Shown in pieces: positions 51,151 to 60,156 of a stretch of 64,000 bases of DNA. The notes below the pieces were generated by a model that searched no databases, was not told the DNA's origin, and saw nothing but the letters and a program-made list of their open reading frames with translations. The position numbers and the translations under genes are program-made. The stretch lies in contig CAVWVI010000001.1 of the NCBI GenBank assembly GCA_963758495.1, positions 64,001 to 128,000 of the forward strand. Direction: 5' to 3'. Source of the DNA: Oligoflexia bacterium. GTDB lineage: Bacteria; Bdellovibrionota; UBA1018. The first letter of the stretch is position 1; each line of letters opens with the position of its first letter.

Positions 51151-52578
51151 TTATTCATGATTTATGAACGATGAATTGTACTGATAGCCTACGCCGTAGT
51201 CTCCGCTTGGAGAGCCATGGTTGTCGTGAATGTAACTCAGGAATTGAGTAGATACGACAAGCTCGCAGAACCAGATGACAGCAAGAGCTTGGGTCGCCTT
51301 CTTCGTATTGCCCTGAGTATCCTGAGTATCCTGGATATCCTGGGTATTACGAAAAATGAGTTGAGCGAGCCATAAAAACTCTAAGGGAAAAGTGATCAAC
51401 ATATAATGTCGATAAATGAATACTCCTAGGAGCGTGATGAAAATTCCGTATCCCCACATACCGGCGCTTCTTAAAAAGTCAGTTTCAGATGAGCTTCCTA
51501 TGAATTGCGCTTTCCAATTTAAGGGATGTCGCCACGTTTTTATAAAAGCTTTAGAAAGAATGAAAACACCTAAAGCCAATAGGATCATATGAGCTAAAGC
51601 CACCAGATAGGTAGGTTGATCTGAAACCAGAGGATAAGAAAGAAACTGGGTAAATTCCCTTTCTCCCAAGCTATACCAGACTCCTAATCCAAGTGGGTCG
51701 GTGATCCATAATTGCCAGAAACTCGAAGTCAGGAGGGGGTGGTAATCTAAGTGAATTAAATAGCTAAAAACTGAGCCATTTCTGGGCTGCTCAAACATAT
51801 AAATCAGCCACGGAATGAGAGGGATCAAGCCGAGTAAGCCTCCTGAAAGCAAGGCCCTGTAATGGATTTTCTTATTTACTTTGAGGTCATATCCAAAGAA
51901 AAACGTCCAAAAAAAGAGAGCGCCCGTGAAAAAAAAGCCCGTCATATGAATTTGTCCAATCAGGACACCGATTAACCCCCAAATGAAGGCACCCCAGATT
52001 TTATCTCGGCGCCACCACCCCATAATCAGTAAACAGCAGAAAATAGGGAGCACACTTTGAGCCCAAATTTTTCGTTCAAGGATGATCATAAATGGATTGA
52101 CCGATGCGAGAGCAATGGCCCAAAACCATTCTGGCTTCTGTTCTCTGGGAACGGTTTTGATGGCAAATACGGTAAAAGCGATCAGGGCTAGGATATTGAG
52201 GATTTGAACTCCTCTCGCAAGTTCTGGAGGGGTATCGGCAGATATGATTTTACTGAGAGCTAGAAATACCCAAATACTCATCCCAGGATTTCGGGTGCCC
52301 ACACCTGACGCCATACCTAGCGCAGGAAGGGGCTCTACTACCCCTACCCTTTGAGTTCTTTCAAACATGAAGTGCTCGTCATACTTGTATTCTATATCTG
52401 CACCCCACATCACTCGGAGGATAGCTCCGATAGTCAGAGTCAGGGCCAGAAAATACTTCCAATTTCCAGATAAATTTTGTCCAGATAAGCTTTGTCCAGA
52501 TAAGATTTGTCCAGATAAGATTTGTGATGATAAATTTTGTGCTTCTTGAGATTCTATCTTTTTAAATATTTTGAGCAT
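51151..52578 (-). CDS. GT-C-fold membrane glycosyltransferase-like protein
   Basis: Multi-TM; KYDE acidic loop, ERKIWAQ and QIHMTG; N-terminal LSGQx 15-bp repeats. Confidence 0.65.
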   Translation of the reverse strand: MLKIFKKIESQEAQNLSSQILSGQILSGQSLSGQNLSGNWKYFLALTLTIGAILRVMWGADIEYKYDEHFMFERTQRVGVVEPLPALGMASGVGTRNPGMSIWVFLALSKIISADTPPELARGVQILNILALIAFTVFAIKTVPREQKPEWFWAIALASVNPFMIILERKIWAQSVLPIFCCLLIMGWWRRDKIWGAFIWGLIGVLIGQIHMTGFFFTGALFFWTFFFGYDLKVNKKIHYRALLSGGLLGLIPLIPWLIYMFEQPRNGSVFSYLIHLDYHPLLTSSFWQLWITDPLGLGVWYSLGEREFTQFLSYPLVSDQPTYLVALAHMILLALGVFILSKAFIKTWRHPLNWKAQFIGSSSETDFLRSAGMWGYGIFITLLGVFIYRHYMLITFPLEFLWLAQLIFRNTQDIQDTQDTQGNTKKATQALAVIWFCELVVSTQFLSYIHDNHGSPSGDYGVGYQYNSSFINHE

Positions 52579-52656
52579 CCCATTTCCGAACGTGAAAATA
52601 GGAAAATCCTGTGGTATCCACAGGATTTTCCAAAAACAGCTAAGATTTTTCTACTT

Positions 52657-52944
52657 TCAGTTACCTACTTTGCCAGAGCCAAATTTCGGGTGATTCTTTT
52701 TGCATGCCGCTATGATCGAGGGATCAATGGATGGAAGTGGGAGGACCGACTTTTTGGCGGTAGTTCCTTGCACTACGGGATCAATACAATCCATCCATAG
52801 ACCTTTGCCCTCTTTGGCTTCGCCTTTCACGAATCCTGCTTTCTCACAAGCTTCTTTAATTTGCTTGCAGGGACCTTCATTCGCTCGGGATAAGGGTCCT
52901 GATGCCAACAACATAACCGATAATAAATAAATTAAATTTTTCAT
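52657..52944 (-). CDS. Small secreted Cys-containing protein
   Basis: Signal peptide; PCKQIKEACEKAGF…GLWMDCIDP…AACK. Confidence 0.65.
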   Translation of the reverse strand: MKNLIYLLSVMLLASGPLSRANEGPCKQIKEACEKAGFVKGEAKEGKGLWMDCIDPVVQGTTAKKSVLPLPSIDPSIIAACKKNHPKFGSGKVGN

Positions 52945-53048
52945 GACTAAAATTCTAATTAAATAGCTCAATATGGCAAGTGAATAGTATGACTGTTGTA
53001 GGCAGCCAGCTATGAAACCCGTCCCTCACAAAATACCTCACAATGATC

Positions 53049-54632
53049 TTAATAATGAGGTGGCCTTAAAGGAACGTAATGCATCTCATCCACCGTGTCA
53101 TCATGCACTTCACCTTGGTCATTTTTGTGTTCTTCATAACGAGGATGGTTTTTATGATTCCCAAAATTCCAATGCCAAGGATTTTTGCATAGAGGACATT
53201 CAATTCCATTACATCCATCGATTCGGTGAACCACTTTTCCACAGTAATAACAGGGGCGGTTCACGGCGCCACTCTGTGTGGCCCCACTCATGAATAGCTC
53301 CATTTCTTCTTTTTGAGCCTTTTCAAATTCTTGGCAGGGGTTAGCGTGATCTTTCCCACATTGCAGGTACCCTTTAAAATCACAGAGTAAGCAAATATAA
53401 TAAATCGATTCTTTGGGGTTAAGAGGATCCAGGATCGCTCCTCCTGGACAATCGACTCCAGGGCAGGGAGTATAATCCGGATTCATTTTGTTAAAATTGA
53501 GAACTTGCCTTTGGGTGACTCGGGTCAGGGTTTTTTCATCTAAGCCAATATTTTTGAAAAAAGAAAGCTGGGTGATCTCTTTACACTGTGGACAAGTACT
53601 GAGTTCAGCTCCTCCTCCTTTGAGTTCACATTCTGCATAAAACTGGGCACACTTCAGACAAAGGACACACGAACATTCAGCAGGTCCTGTCTCACACCGC
53701 ACTGCATTTGTGCCATCCGGTGGGCCATCCCGTAAATCATCTCTACAAACAAGACAGGACTGTTCTACTTGCTGTTCCATCTGTTCCATCTGTTCTGGCT
53801 GTTCCGATCTATGATGACGGAGCAGTGTCATCTCATTTTCTTTTTCCTGATAATAAAGCTCTTTGCCTTGAGATTGAATGCGTTTGAGTAAGAAAGCTAA
53901 CACACGAGCGCTTTTTGAATGGGGATCTTGAGCTTCCACCTCTTTTAGATCCTCCAGTAAATTTGCTTTCAGTGTTTTTAACTCACTGCTTTGAGTGGCC
54001 TTTGTCAGTTTAGGAAAATAATAAAGAAGATAATAAGGGGGGGTCATTAAATCACGAGCATAAAATAAGGCGGTCCTGCCTTTCTTATTTTTAACTTCTG
54101 GATCTGCTCCATTTTTCAGGAGAGTTTTTACAATTTGAGTACGGCCCTTAACGACTGCCCAGATGAGAGCGGTGTTGCCATAATGATCTGTATGATTTAA
54201 CTCAGCTCCGTGTTTGATTAATAATTTTGTAACCTTGAGGTTGCCCTCAATTGTGGCCCATAAAAGAGCAGTGTTGCCATAATGATCGATATGATTTAGG
54301 TTAGCCCCATATTGAATGAGGATCTTTACAACCTCAAAATAGGCATAAAATGCTGCTATGTTGAGGGCACTATTGCCGTTCGTATCTTGCTCTTCAAGAT
54401 AGAGTTTCTGCCTACGGTTTACTTTTTCCTGGAGAGCCGCTTCATCGCGATTGATCCAATAAGCCAGGGTTTCCGTCCAAGTAGGGTGAGAGATTTCGCT
54501 CAGGAGTTTTACTATCTTCCGTTGAGGTGAATGTCTTGAATGCACGAGCCAGATCAGCTTAGGTTCTGTCGCATAAGACAGATTCAGTGAAAAAGCCAGG
54601 AGTGTGGAGATCACAATGAATCGACTCATCAA
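53049..54632 (-). CDS. Secreted ankyrin-repeat + RING1-IBR-RING2 (RBR E3 ubiquitin ligase-like) protein
   Basis: GNTAL-type ankyrins; RING1 CLVC…CSCVLCLKC…CPQC; IBR CPGVDC…CLLC…CGKDH; RING2 RPCYYCGKVVHRIDGCNGIECPLCKNPWHW. Confidence 0.75.
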   Translation of the reverse strand: MMSRFIVISTLLAFSLNLSYATEPKLIWLVHSRHSPQRKIVKLLSEISHPTWTETLAYWINRDEAALQEKVNRRQKLYLEEQDTNGNSALNIAAFYAYFEVVKILIQYGANLNHIDHYGNTALLWATIEGNLKVTKLLIKHGAELNHTDHYGNTALIWAVVKGRTQIVKTLLKNGADPEVKNKKGRTALFYARDLMTPPYYLLYYFPKLTKATQSSELKTLKANLLEDLKEVEAQDPHSKSARVLAFLLKRIQSQGKELYYQEKENEMTLLRHHRSEQPEQMEQMEQQVEQSCLVCRDDLRDGPPDGTNAVRCETGPAECSCVLCLKCAQFYAECELKGGGAELSTCPQCKEITQLSFFKNIGLDEKTLTRVTQRQVLNFNKMNPDYTPCPGVDCPGGAILDPLNPKESIYYICLLCDFKGYLQCGKDHANPCQEFEKAQKEEMELFMSGATQSGAVNRPCYYCGKVVHRIDGCNGIECPLCKNPWHWNFGNHKNHPRYEEHKNDQGEVHDDTVDEMHYVPLRPPHY

Positions 54633-56119
54633 GAATCGCTTAAGCTAGAACACACGAAAGCCACATCATTGGCTTTTGAATCAATCATCAAATCAAGAGG
54701 ATTCACTGAAATGAGTTGATTTCGATGAATGGATTCACGAGCAGGAATAAGGATTCGAAGATAATTAGGCGTGTAACCGGCAATCCATTGATTCTCTCCT
54801 TGTTTTTCCATCAGGACTTGATTGAGTTTAGAGCCACTCGAGGAATCTTGAGAGGAGCACTGCCTTAAAATAGAGCGGTAATGTTGAGTGAGTCGCTCCA
54901 TACTGAGCTGGGTGAGTTTACGAGCCCTTTGTACACGGGTAGCCTGAGGAACTGAAGCGGGTAATCGGGTGGCTGGAGTCCCTTCCCTTTCGCTATAGGG
55001 AAAAACATGCAGTCGGGTCCATGGAAGAGTAGAAAGTGCTTGATAACCCCATTCAAATTCTTCGTCCGTTTCTCCAGGAAATCCTGTGATCACATCCATC
55101 CCTACAAAAACTCCTCCGATTGGAGAAGGAATTTGAGCAATTTCTTCGAGGCAATCTTTCACTTCTTCAAAACCGTAGCGTCTTTTCATCAGGCGTAAAA
55201 TGCGACTGTGCGGACTTTGAAGAGACACATGAAAGTGTGGACAAAATCGAGGATTCTTTTTCATCAACTGGAGAATCTGCGGCGTGATTTCGGTAGGATC
55301 TAAGGAACTGACTCGGATTCTCTCGAGATCGGTTTGTTCAAGAATCATTTCAAGCAAATCACCTAATGCAGGTTGAGAACCCCAATCCATTCCGTAATCA
55401 CCGATGTTGGTCCCCGTAATGATGACTTCGCGAATCCCTTGCTGAATGAGCTGACGGATTTGCTCAATCAGCTCTCTGGGTCTTAAACTTCGACTCGGCC
55501 CTCGACCGTAAGGGATAATACAATAAGTACAAAAAGAGTTACACCCTTCCTGGATCTTTAAAAAAGCCCTTGTTTTGCTGGATTGCCCCTTTAAATGAGT
55601 GGGAGGGGTCTGAAATGAATCTATCGCGGGAGGCCATTCCCGGTCCATGGGATGTTTGGAGAGTAGTTGTACATATGATTTTGTAGTTCCAAGGATTTCT
55701 GGGGTTTCGGGTAAGGGGGAAGATGGGCTGAGGATATGCGAAGGTAAAGTAGAAAGAGAATTGACCTGATTGAGAACTAAATCAACAAGCCCCGGTTTGT
55801 TTTGATTTCCCACGACATAATGAACACCCGGTGATTGTGCTAAACTCTCTGGATCCACTTCAGCACCACAGCCTGTAACCACTACGACTGCGTTTGGATA
55901 ATCCTTGGATAGCTTTTTAGCCATCTTTCGGCTTTGTCGATCCGCTTCGTTCGTCACGGTACAGCTATTGACAATACAAAGCTGGACTTGCTCCTGACTG
56001 CTATCGCTCCCTTCTCTCGGCAACCAACCCCGATTTTGAAGGTCATCCTCAATGAGTTGACTGTCGGAGAGGTTGGCTTTGCAGCCTAAAGTTTTGAGAA
56101 TATACTGATTTTTTCTCAT
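54629..56119 (-). CDS. mtaB: tRNA t6A37 methylthiotransferase MtaB
   Basis: TLGCKAN, NSCTVT and radical-SAM QEGCNSFCTYCIIPYGRG. Confidence 0.92.
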   Translation of the reverse strand: MRKNQYILKTLGCKANLSDSQLIEDDLQNRGWLPREGSDSSQEQVQLCIVNSCTVTNEADRQSRKMAKKLSKDYPNAVVVVTGCGAEVDPESLAQSPGVHYVVGNQNKPGLVDLVLNQVNSLSTLPSHILSPSSPLPETPEILGTTKSYVQLLSKHPMDREWPPAIDSFQTPPTHLKGQSSKTRAFLKIQEGCNSFCTYCIIPYGRGPSRSLRPRELIEQIRQLIQQGIREVIITGTNIGDYGMDWGSQPALGDLLEMILEQTDLERIRVSSLDPTEITPQILQLMKKNPRFCPHFHVSLQSPHSRILRLMKRRYGFEEVKDCLEEIAQIPSPIGGVFVGMDVITGFPGETDEEFEWGYQALSTLPWTRLHVFPYSEREGTPATRLPASVPQATRVQRARKLTQLSMERLTQHYRSILRQCSSQDSSSGSKLNQVLMEKQGENQWIAGYTPNYLRILIPARESIHRNQLISVNPLDLMIDSKANDVAFVCSSLSDS

Positions 56120-56183
56120 CTTTTTTTTCTATAAAACTTTTACATAAAAATTTTATGTAATATTTATTTTTATCAAGCGTTTT

Positions 56184-57311
56184 TTAGGCAACACCGACTT
56201 CAGCGCCCATACTTTCAATAAAAGCTCCGCCTAGAGTTTCATTGCCTTGGTAGAAAACAATGGCTTGACCCGGTGTAATGGCTCTTTGCGGCTCATCAAA
56301 TTCAACATGAATTCGATTTCCTTCAAAGCAGGTCACTTGGCAAAGTGCTTCTTCATGACGAGAACGAATTCGAGCTTTACAACGAATCCCATGGAGTTGA
56401 TCCACAGGACAAATCCAATTCATATCTGTAGCAACTAAAACACTATTGAAGAGGTGTTTTTCCGGGCCCACAATCAGAGCCTGGTTCTTGGTATCAAATC
56501 CCACTACAAAGTATTGATCAGGATTTTGAACTCGGAGTTGAAGACCTTTCCTTTGACCGATTGTATAACGATGAAGTCCCTCATGAGTTCCCACAATACT
56601 CCCGTCAACGGTGCGAATCATGCCTACCGGACGAAGGGGGGATGCCACTCTTTTTTCAATAAACTCTTTATAGCCCTCTTGGCCGATAAAACAAATTTCT
56701 TGGCTATCTGCTTTTTGCGCTACTGCAAGACCGTATTCTTCAGCTAATTTTCTGACCATCATTTTAGGAAGGCTTCCTAATGGCATTAAGGTTCTCTGCA
56801 AAGCTTTTTGAGTCAAACCAAATAGAAAATAAGTTTGATCTTTATGAGGGTCCACTGCTTTTTCGAGGTGAGCAAGATGCGTCGTAGAGTCTTGAATGAC
56901 TTGCGCATAATGTCCCGTAGCTACCCAATGGCAGTCCAATTCATCGGCTTTTTGAAAAAGGTAATTAAATTTAATTTGATTATTACATTGAACGCATGGA
57001 TTTGGAGTGCGATTCTGTAGGTATTCATGGACAAAGTAATCGACTACTTTATCTTTAAATATATCTTGTGCATTAATGACGTAATAAGGAATATCAAGCT
57101 TATCACAAACTCTTCGTGCATCATTTGAATCGATCAAGGAACAACACCGGCCTCCAAATCGTTCTAAATTCGCTTCACCATGATCCCAAAGCTGCATATG
57201 CACACCGACCACATCATAACCTTGGCACTTTAAAAGTGCCGCGGTCACAGAGCTATCGACGCCTCCGCTCATTGCTACTAATACTTTTTTCGACTCATTT
57301 CCTGACAGCAC
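56184..57311 (-). CDS. mnmA: tRNA 2-thiouridylase MnmA (CxxC type)
   Basis: AMSGGVDSSV, PNPCVQCN, ATGHYA, DSQEICF and TPGQ. Confidence 0.96.
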   Translation of the reverse strand: MLSGNESKKVLVAMSGGVDSSVTAALLKCQGYDVVGVHMQLWDHGEANLERFGGRCCSLIDSNDARRVCDKLDIPYYVINAQDIFKDKVVDYFVHEYLQNRTPNPCVQCNNQIKFNYLFQKADELDCHWVATGHYAQVIQDSTTHLAHLEKAVDPHKDQTYFLFGLTQKALQRTLMPLGSLPKMMVRKLAEEYGLAVAQKADSQEICFIGQEGYKEFIEKRVASPLRPVGMIRTVDGSIVGTHEGLHRYTIGQRKGLQLRVQNPDQYFVVGFDTKNQALIVGPEKHLFNSVLVATDMNWICPVDQLHGIRCKARIRSRHEEALCQVTCFEGNRIHVEFDEPQRAITPGQAIVFYQGNETLGGAFIESMGAEVGVA

Positions 57312-57314
57312 GAT

Positions 57315-58493
57315 TCAACCTCTCTTTTTTTCTCTATGGGTTTTCATTCGGGTTACAATTCGGTCTAAAGTCGAGACAAACCCTTCTAAAAGTACCCAAT
57401 CCATCTCATCTACAAGGGAAACCCTAATAGCAGCCATCGCCTGAGCTTTGGTTCGGCCCATAGCTAATAGCACATGAGAAGGTTCAAGAACACCACTTGC
57501 GCAAGCAGATCCAGAACTCACTGAAAACCCAGCTAAATCTAAGGCCATAATCAATCCATCACCCTCGATGCCCTCAAAACTCAAATTCAACGTATTGGCT
57601 ACGCGAAGGGCATCTCCTCCATTCACTAAAGTTCCAGGAATTCGCTCGCAGATCGCTTCTTGAAGTCGATTTCGCAAAAGAGTCACTGGAGGAGCCCATT
57701 GGAGTGGGTTTAAGCTCTTTGCCGCAGCACCTAGGGCAATTAAACCCAAAACATTTTCTGTTCCACCTCTTCGTCCCTTTTCTTGCTTACCAGGAATGAC
57801 CGAATAGGCGGGATTTCCCTTACCTAGCCAAAGAATTCCAGTACCAGCAAGACCCCCAATTTTGTGGCCAGAAAAAGTGACAAATTGAGCGTTTAGCCCA
57901 TCTAAATCAATAGGCAGCTTACCCCACGCTTGTGCCCCATCTAAGTGCAAAGGAAGAGAAAGGGATCGAGTGAGTTCTGCTAATTGTGCAACAGGAGTCA
58001 TGACTCCGGTCTCATTATTCACCCAAACAGAGCTAACTAACGCTGTTTCTGGCCTCCTTAGGCTTTCTAAAGCAGCCACTTGGGGTATTCCATTCGAATT
58101 CAAGGGGAGATAGCTCACACTTCCGCCTCGACGCTCTAGCCATGCTACCATTTGCAAATTGGAGTCATGCTCCACGGGAGTCGTGATCCAATGAGGTCGT
58201 TCTCCTTTTATGAGTTTAGGCTCCAATACTGAACGAATAGCGAGTTGATTTGCCTCAGTTCCTGAGGAGGTAAAAACCAACTGCTCTGGATCTGTTTTTT
58301 GGCCTAAAGACAAAGCAATTCGCTCTCTTGCTTCTGCTAATGCCCGTTTAGCTTGTCTGCCATGAGAATGAATACTGGAAGGGTTGGGGATGAAAACGCT
58401 TTCCTTTAAAAAAGGGAGGAGCGCCTCCAAAGCCGATGGCTTCAGGGGCGCTCCTGCGTTTGAATCAAGATAAATCGCGGTCCTTGCCAACAT
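57315..58493 (-). CDS. iscS: Cysteine desulfurase (IscS/NifS family)
   Basis: YLDSNA, NPSSIH, FTSSGTEAN, SGHKIGG and SSGSACASG. Confidence 0.92.
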   Translation of the reverse strand: MLARTAIYLDSNAGAPLKPSALEALLPFLKESVFIPNPSSIHSHGRQAKRALAEARERIALSLGQKTDPEQLVFTSSGTEANQLAIRSVLEPKLIKGERPHWITTPVEHDSNLQMVAWLERRGGSVSYLPLNSNGIPQVAALESLRRPETALVSSVWVNNETGVMTPVAQLAELTRSLSLPLHLDGAQAWGKLPIDLDGLNAQFVTFSGHKIGGLAGTGILWLGKGNPAYSVIPGKQEKGRRGGTENVLGLIALGAAAKSLNPLQWAPPVTLLRNRLQEAICERIPGTLVNGGDALRVANTLNLSFEGIEGDGLIMALDLAGFSVSSGSACASGVLEPSHVLLAMGRTKAQAMAAIRVSLVDEMDWVLLEGFVSTLDRIVTRMKTHREKKRG

Positions 58494-58980
58494 TGGGTTG
58501 ATTGCTTGGAGCTTGGAAATTTCCCATGTCCAGCATACTGTCAGTAGCTTTTGGAAGGTCTTGAGAACCACGGGCCTTACGAATCAGATCGCCTACCGAA
58601 GTAGTCGTCAAATATTCTTGCATAATCAGCCCTAAGTTTTCAAAATAAGTTTTAGTTAAAACAAATTCAACGGTATCGCTTTTAGCATCGCCGGTTCCGA
58701 CTAAATCCCGAGCAGGATTAATATTTTCCCCGACACTGACCAAAACATCCCGAATCGAAATTTCATCCATAGAACGGGAAAGAACATATCCCCCACCAGG
58801 CCCACGCACGCTCTTTACAACCAATCCTTTACGTAATCGGCGAAAAAGCTGCTCTAGATAATGAAGTGAAATATTTTGACGTTCTGAAATTTCTTGAAGA
58901 CGCACAGGTCTTCCATTTGAATTAAAAGTAAGATCTAAAATTGCTCGGACTGCATATCGTCCCTTTGAAGTTAAGCGCAT
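58465..58980 (-). CDS. Rrf2-family regulator (IscR/CymR-like) with no cysteines
   Basis: MRLTSKGRYAV, ISLHYLEQLF and SVRGPGGGY. Confidence 0.9.
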   Translation of the reverse strand: MRLTSKGRYAVRAILDLTFNSNGRPVRLQEISERQNISLHYLEQLFRRLRKGLVVKSVRGPGGGYVLSRSMDEISIRDVLVSVGENINPARDLVGTGDAKSDTVEFVLTKTYFENLGLIMQEYLTTTSVGDLIRKARGSQDLPKATDSMLDMGNFQAPSNQPNVGKDRDLS

Positions 58981-59216
58981 ATATTTTCTCCCTGTTCCTC
59001 TCACAAATCCTATATGTGGGTTATCATGTCATATCTTACACGTCAACTACTAAACCCCAAATTCCGAAGTTTTTTAGTCACTCTCTTTGATCAAATGGGC
59101 GCCCAGATTCGCTCCTAAGGTTTTAAAATAAATTATAGTTTTCTCTCTAAGTCACCGAAAAGATAACCGAAAGATAAGAGGAAAGGAACGATTACGAGGC
59201 ATTCACAAGGCATTCT

Positions 59217-60011
59217 ATGACTGACCCCAAAAACCCTAAAGACGATAAAACCAGCTTTACGATTGAAAATGACCGATCCCAAATCATGGATATGCCTAGT
59301 GTTACTAAACTTTTAAATAGAAAATCACTCGGAATTTCAAAACAGCCTCTGCCCCCCGCCCCCCCCTCTCCTCCAAGTATCACTGACTCCGTCATACCTC
59401 CCGTCATACCTCCCGTCATACCTCCCGTCATACCTCCCGTCATACCTCCCGCTCCCGCCCCCACTCCCTCACCTCCAACCCAAGTCCTCAAAGTTCAGCC
59501 AGCTTCCCGAAGATCGTCGGGATCGACTCAAAAGTTAAATCTTTGGGAGCCCCAAATGCTTCGGGTAGGAACTGACCCTTTGGGTAAAGGGATTGATCTG
59601 ATGCTTCAAAGAGGAGCAATCAGTGCATTATTTCTTGCCCTGTCCGCTCCCCCTATAGGCTCTCCAGTACCTCTTTTCGTAAGCACTGCAACCGTCCTAC
59701 CTCAGGATAGACTCAGTATTTGGACGGGCCTCAAATGGGATCCAAGAGTCGTTCCAGAAATGTGGAATTTCTATATTCGAAGTGGATACGTAGAGCTTCC
59801 TCCCCCGGGTGCAAATACCCATCAAAACAGTCATCGCAATATCGTAAGATTGGCATTTGGGATCACGCACCCAGAATGGCTTTTACTGGTACAAGTCGGA
59901 CCTTCCCATCAAAGTCGAGGGGTTGTGGCTTTTGTGTCTCATCAAAGCCTATTACCCTCTCTCAGCGAAGCGAAGCCCTTCCTCAGTGCGCCTCTGCCGA
60001 AAAATAGCTAA
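59217..60011 (+). CDS. Hypothetical Pro-rich protein
   Basis: 264-aa ORF with VIPP repeats. Confidence 0.6.
   Translation: MTDPKNPKDDKTSFTIENDRSQIMDMPSVTKLLNRKSLGISKQPLPPAPPSPPSITDSVIPPVIPPVIPPVIPPVIPPAPAPTPSPPTQVLKVQPASRRSSGSTQKLNLWEPQMLRVGTDPLGKGIDLMLQRGAISALFLALSAPPIGSPVPLFVSTATVLPQDRLSIWTGLKWDPRVVPEMWNFYIRSGYVELPPPGANTHQNSHRNIVRLAFGITHPEWLLLVQVGPSHQSRGVVAFVSHQSLLPSLSEAKPFLSAPLPKNS
59389..59448 (+). repeat. Perfect 12-bp tandem repeat x5 encoding (VIPP)n
   Basis: ccgtcatacctc x5. Confidence 0.9.
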
Positions 60012-60156
60012 CTTCTCAAAAGGACACACACGACGCCATTTATACGTAACGCACTGCACTCTTTCATCGTAAGTGTTCCTTTAGGGCTCCTTACAGTGCT
60101 TATTTTTATCAATCAGCTCATTCTCGCAATTCGGAATTGCCAAAGTATAAGGACTT

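Noticed and set aside
59389..59448. Direct-repeat array as a possible CRISPR
   Set aside because: 12-bp units with no spacers, in frame within a CDS, and no cas genes in the window
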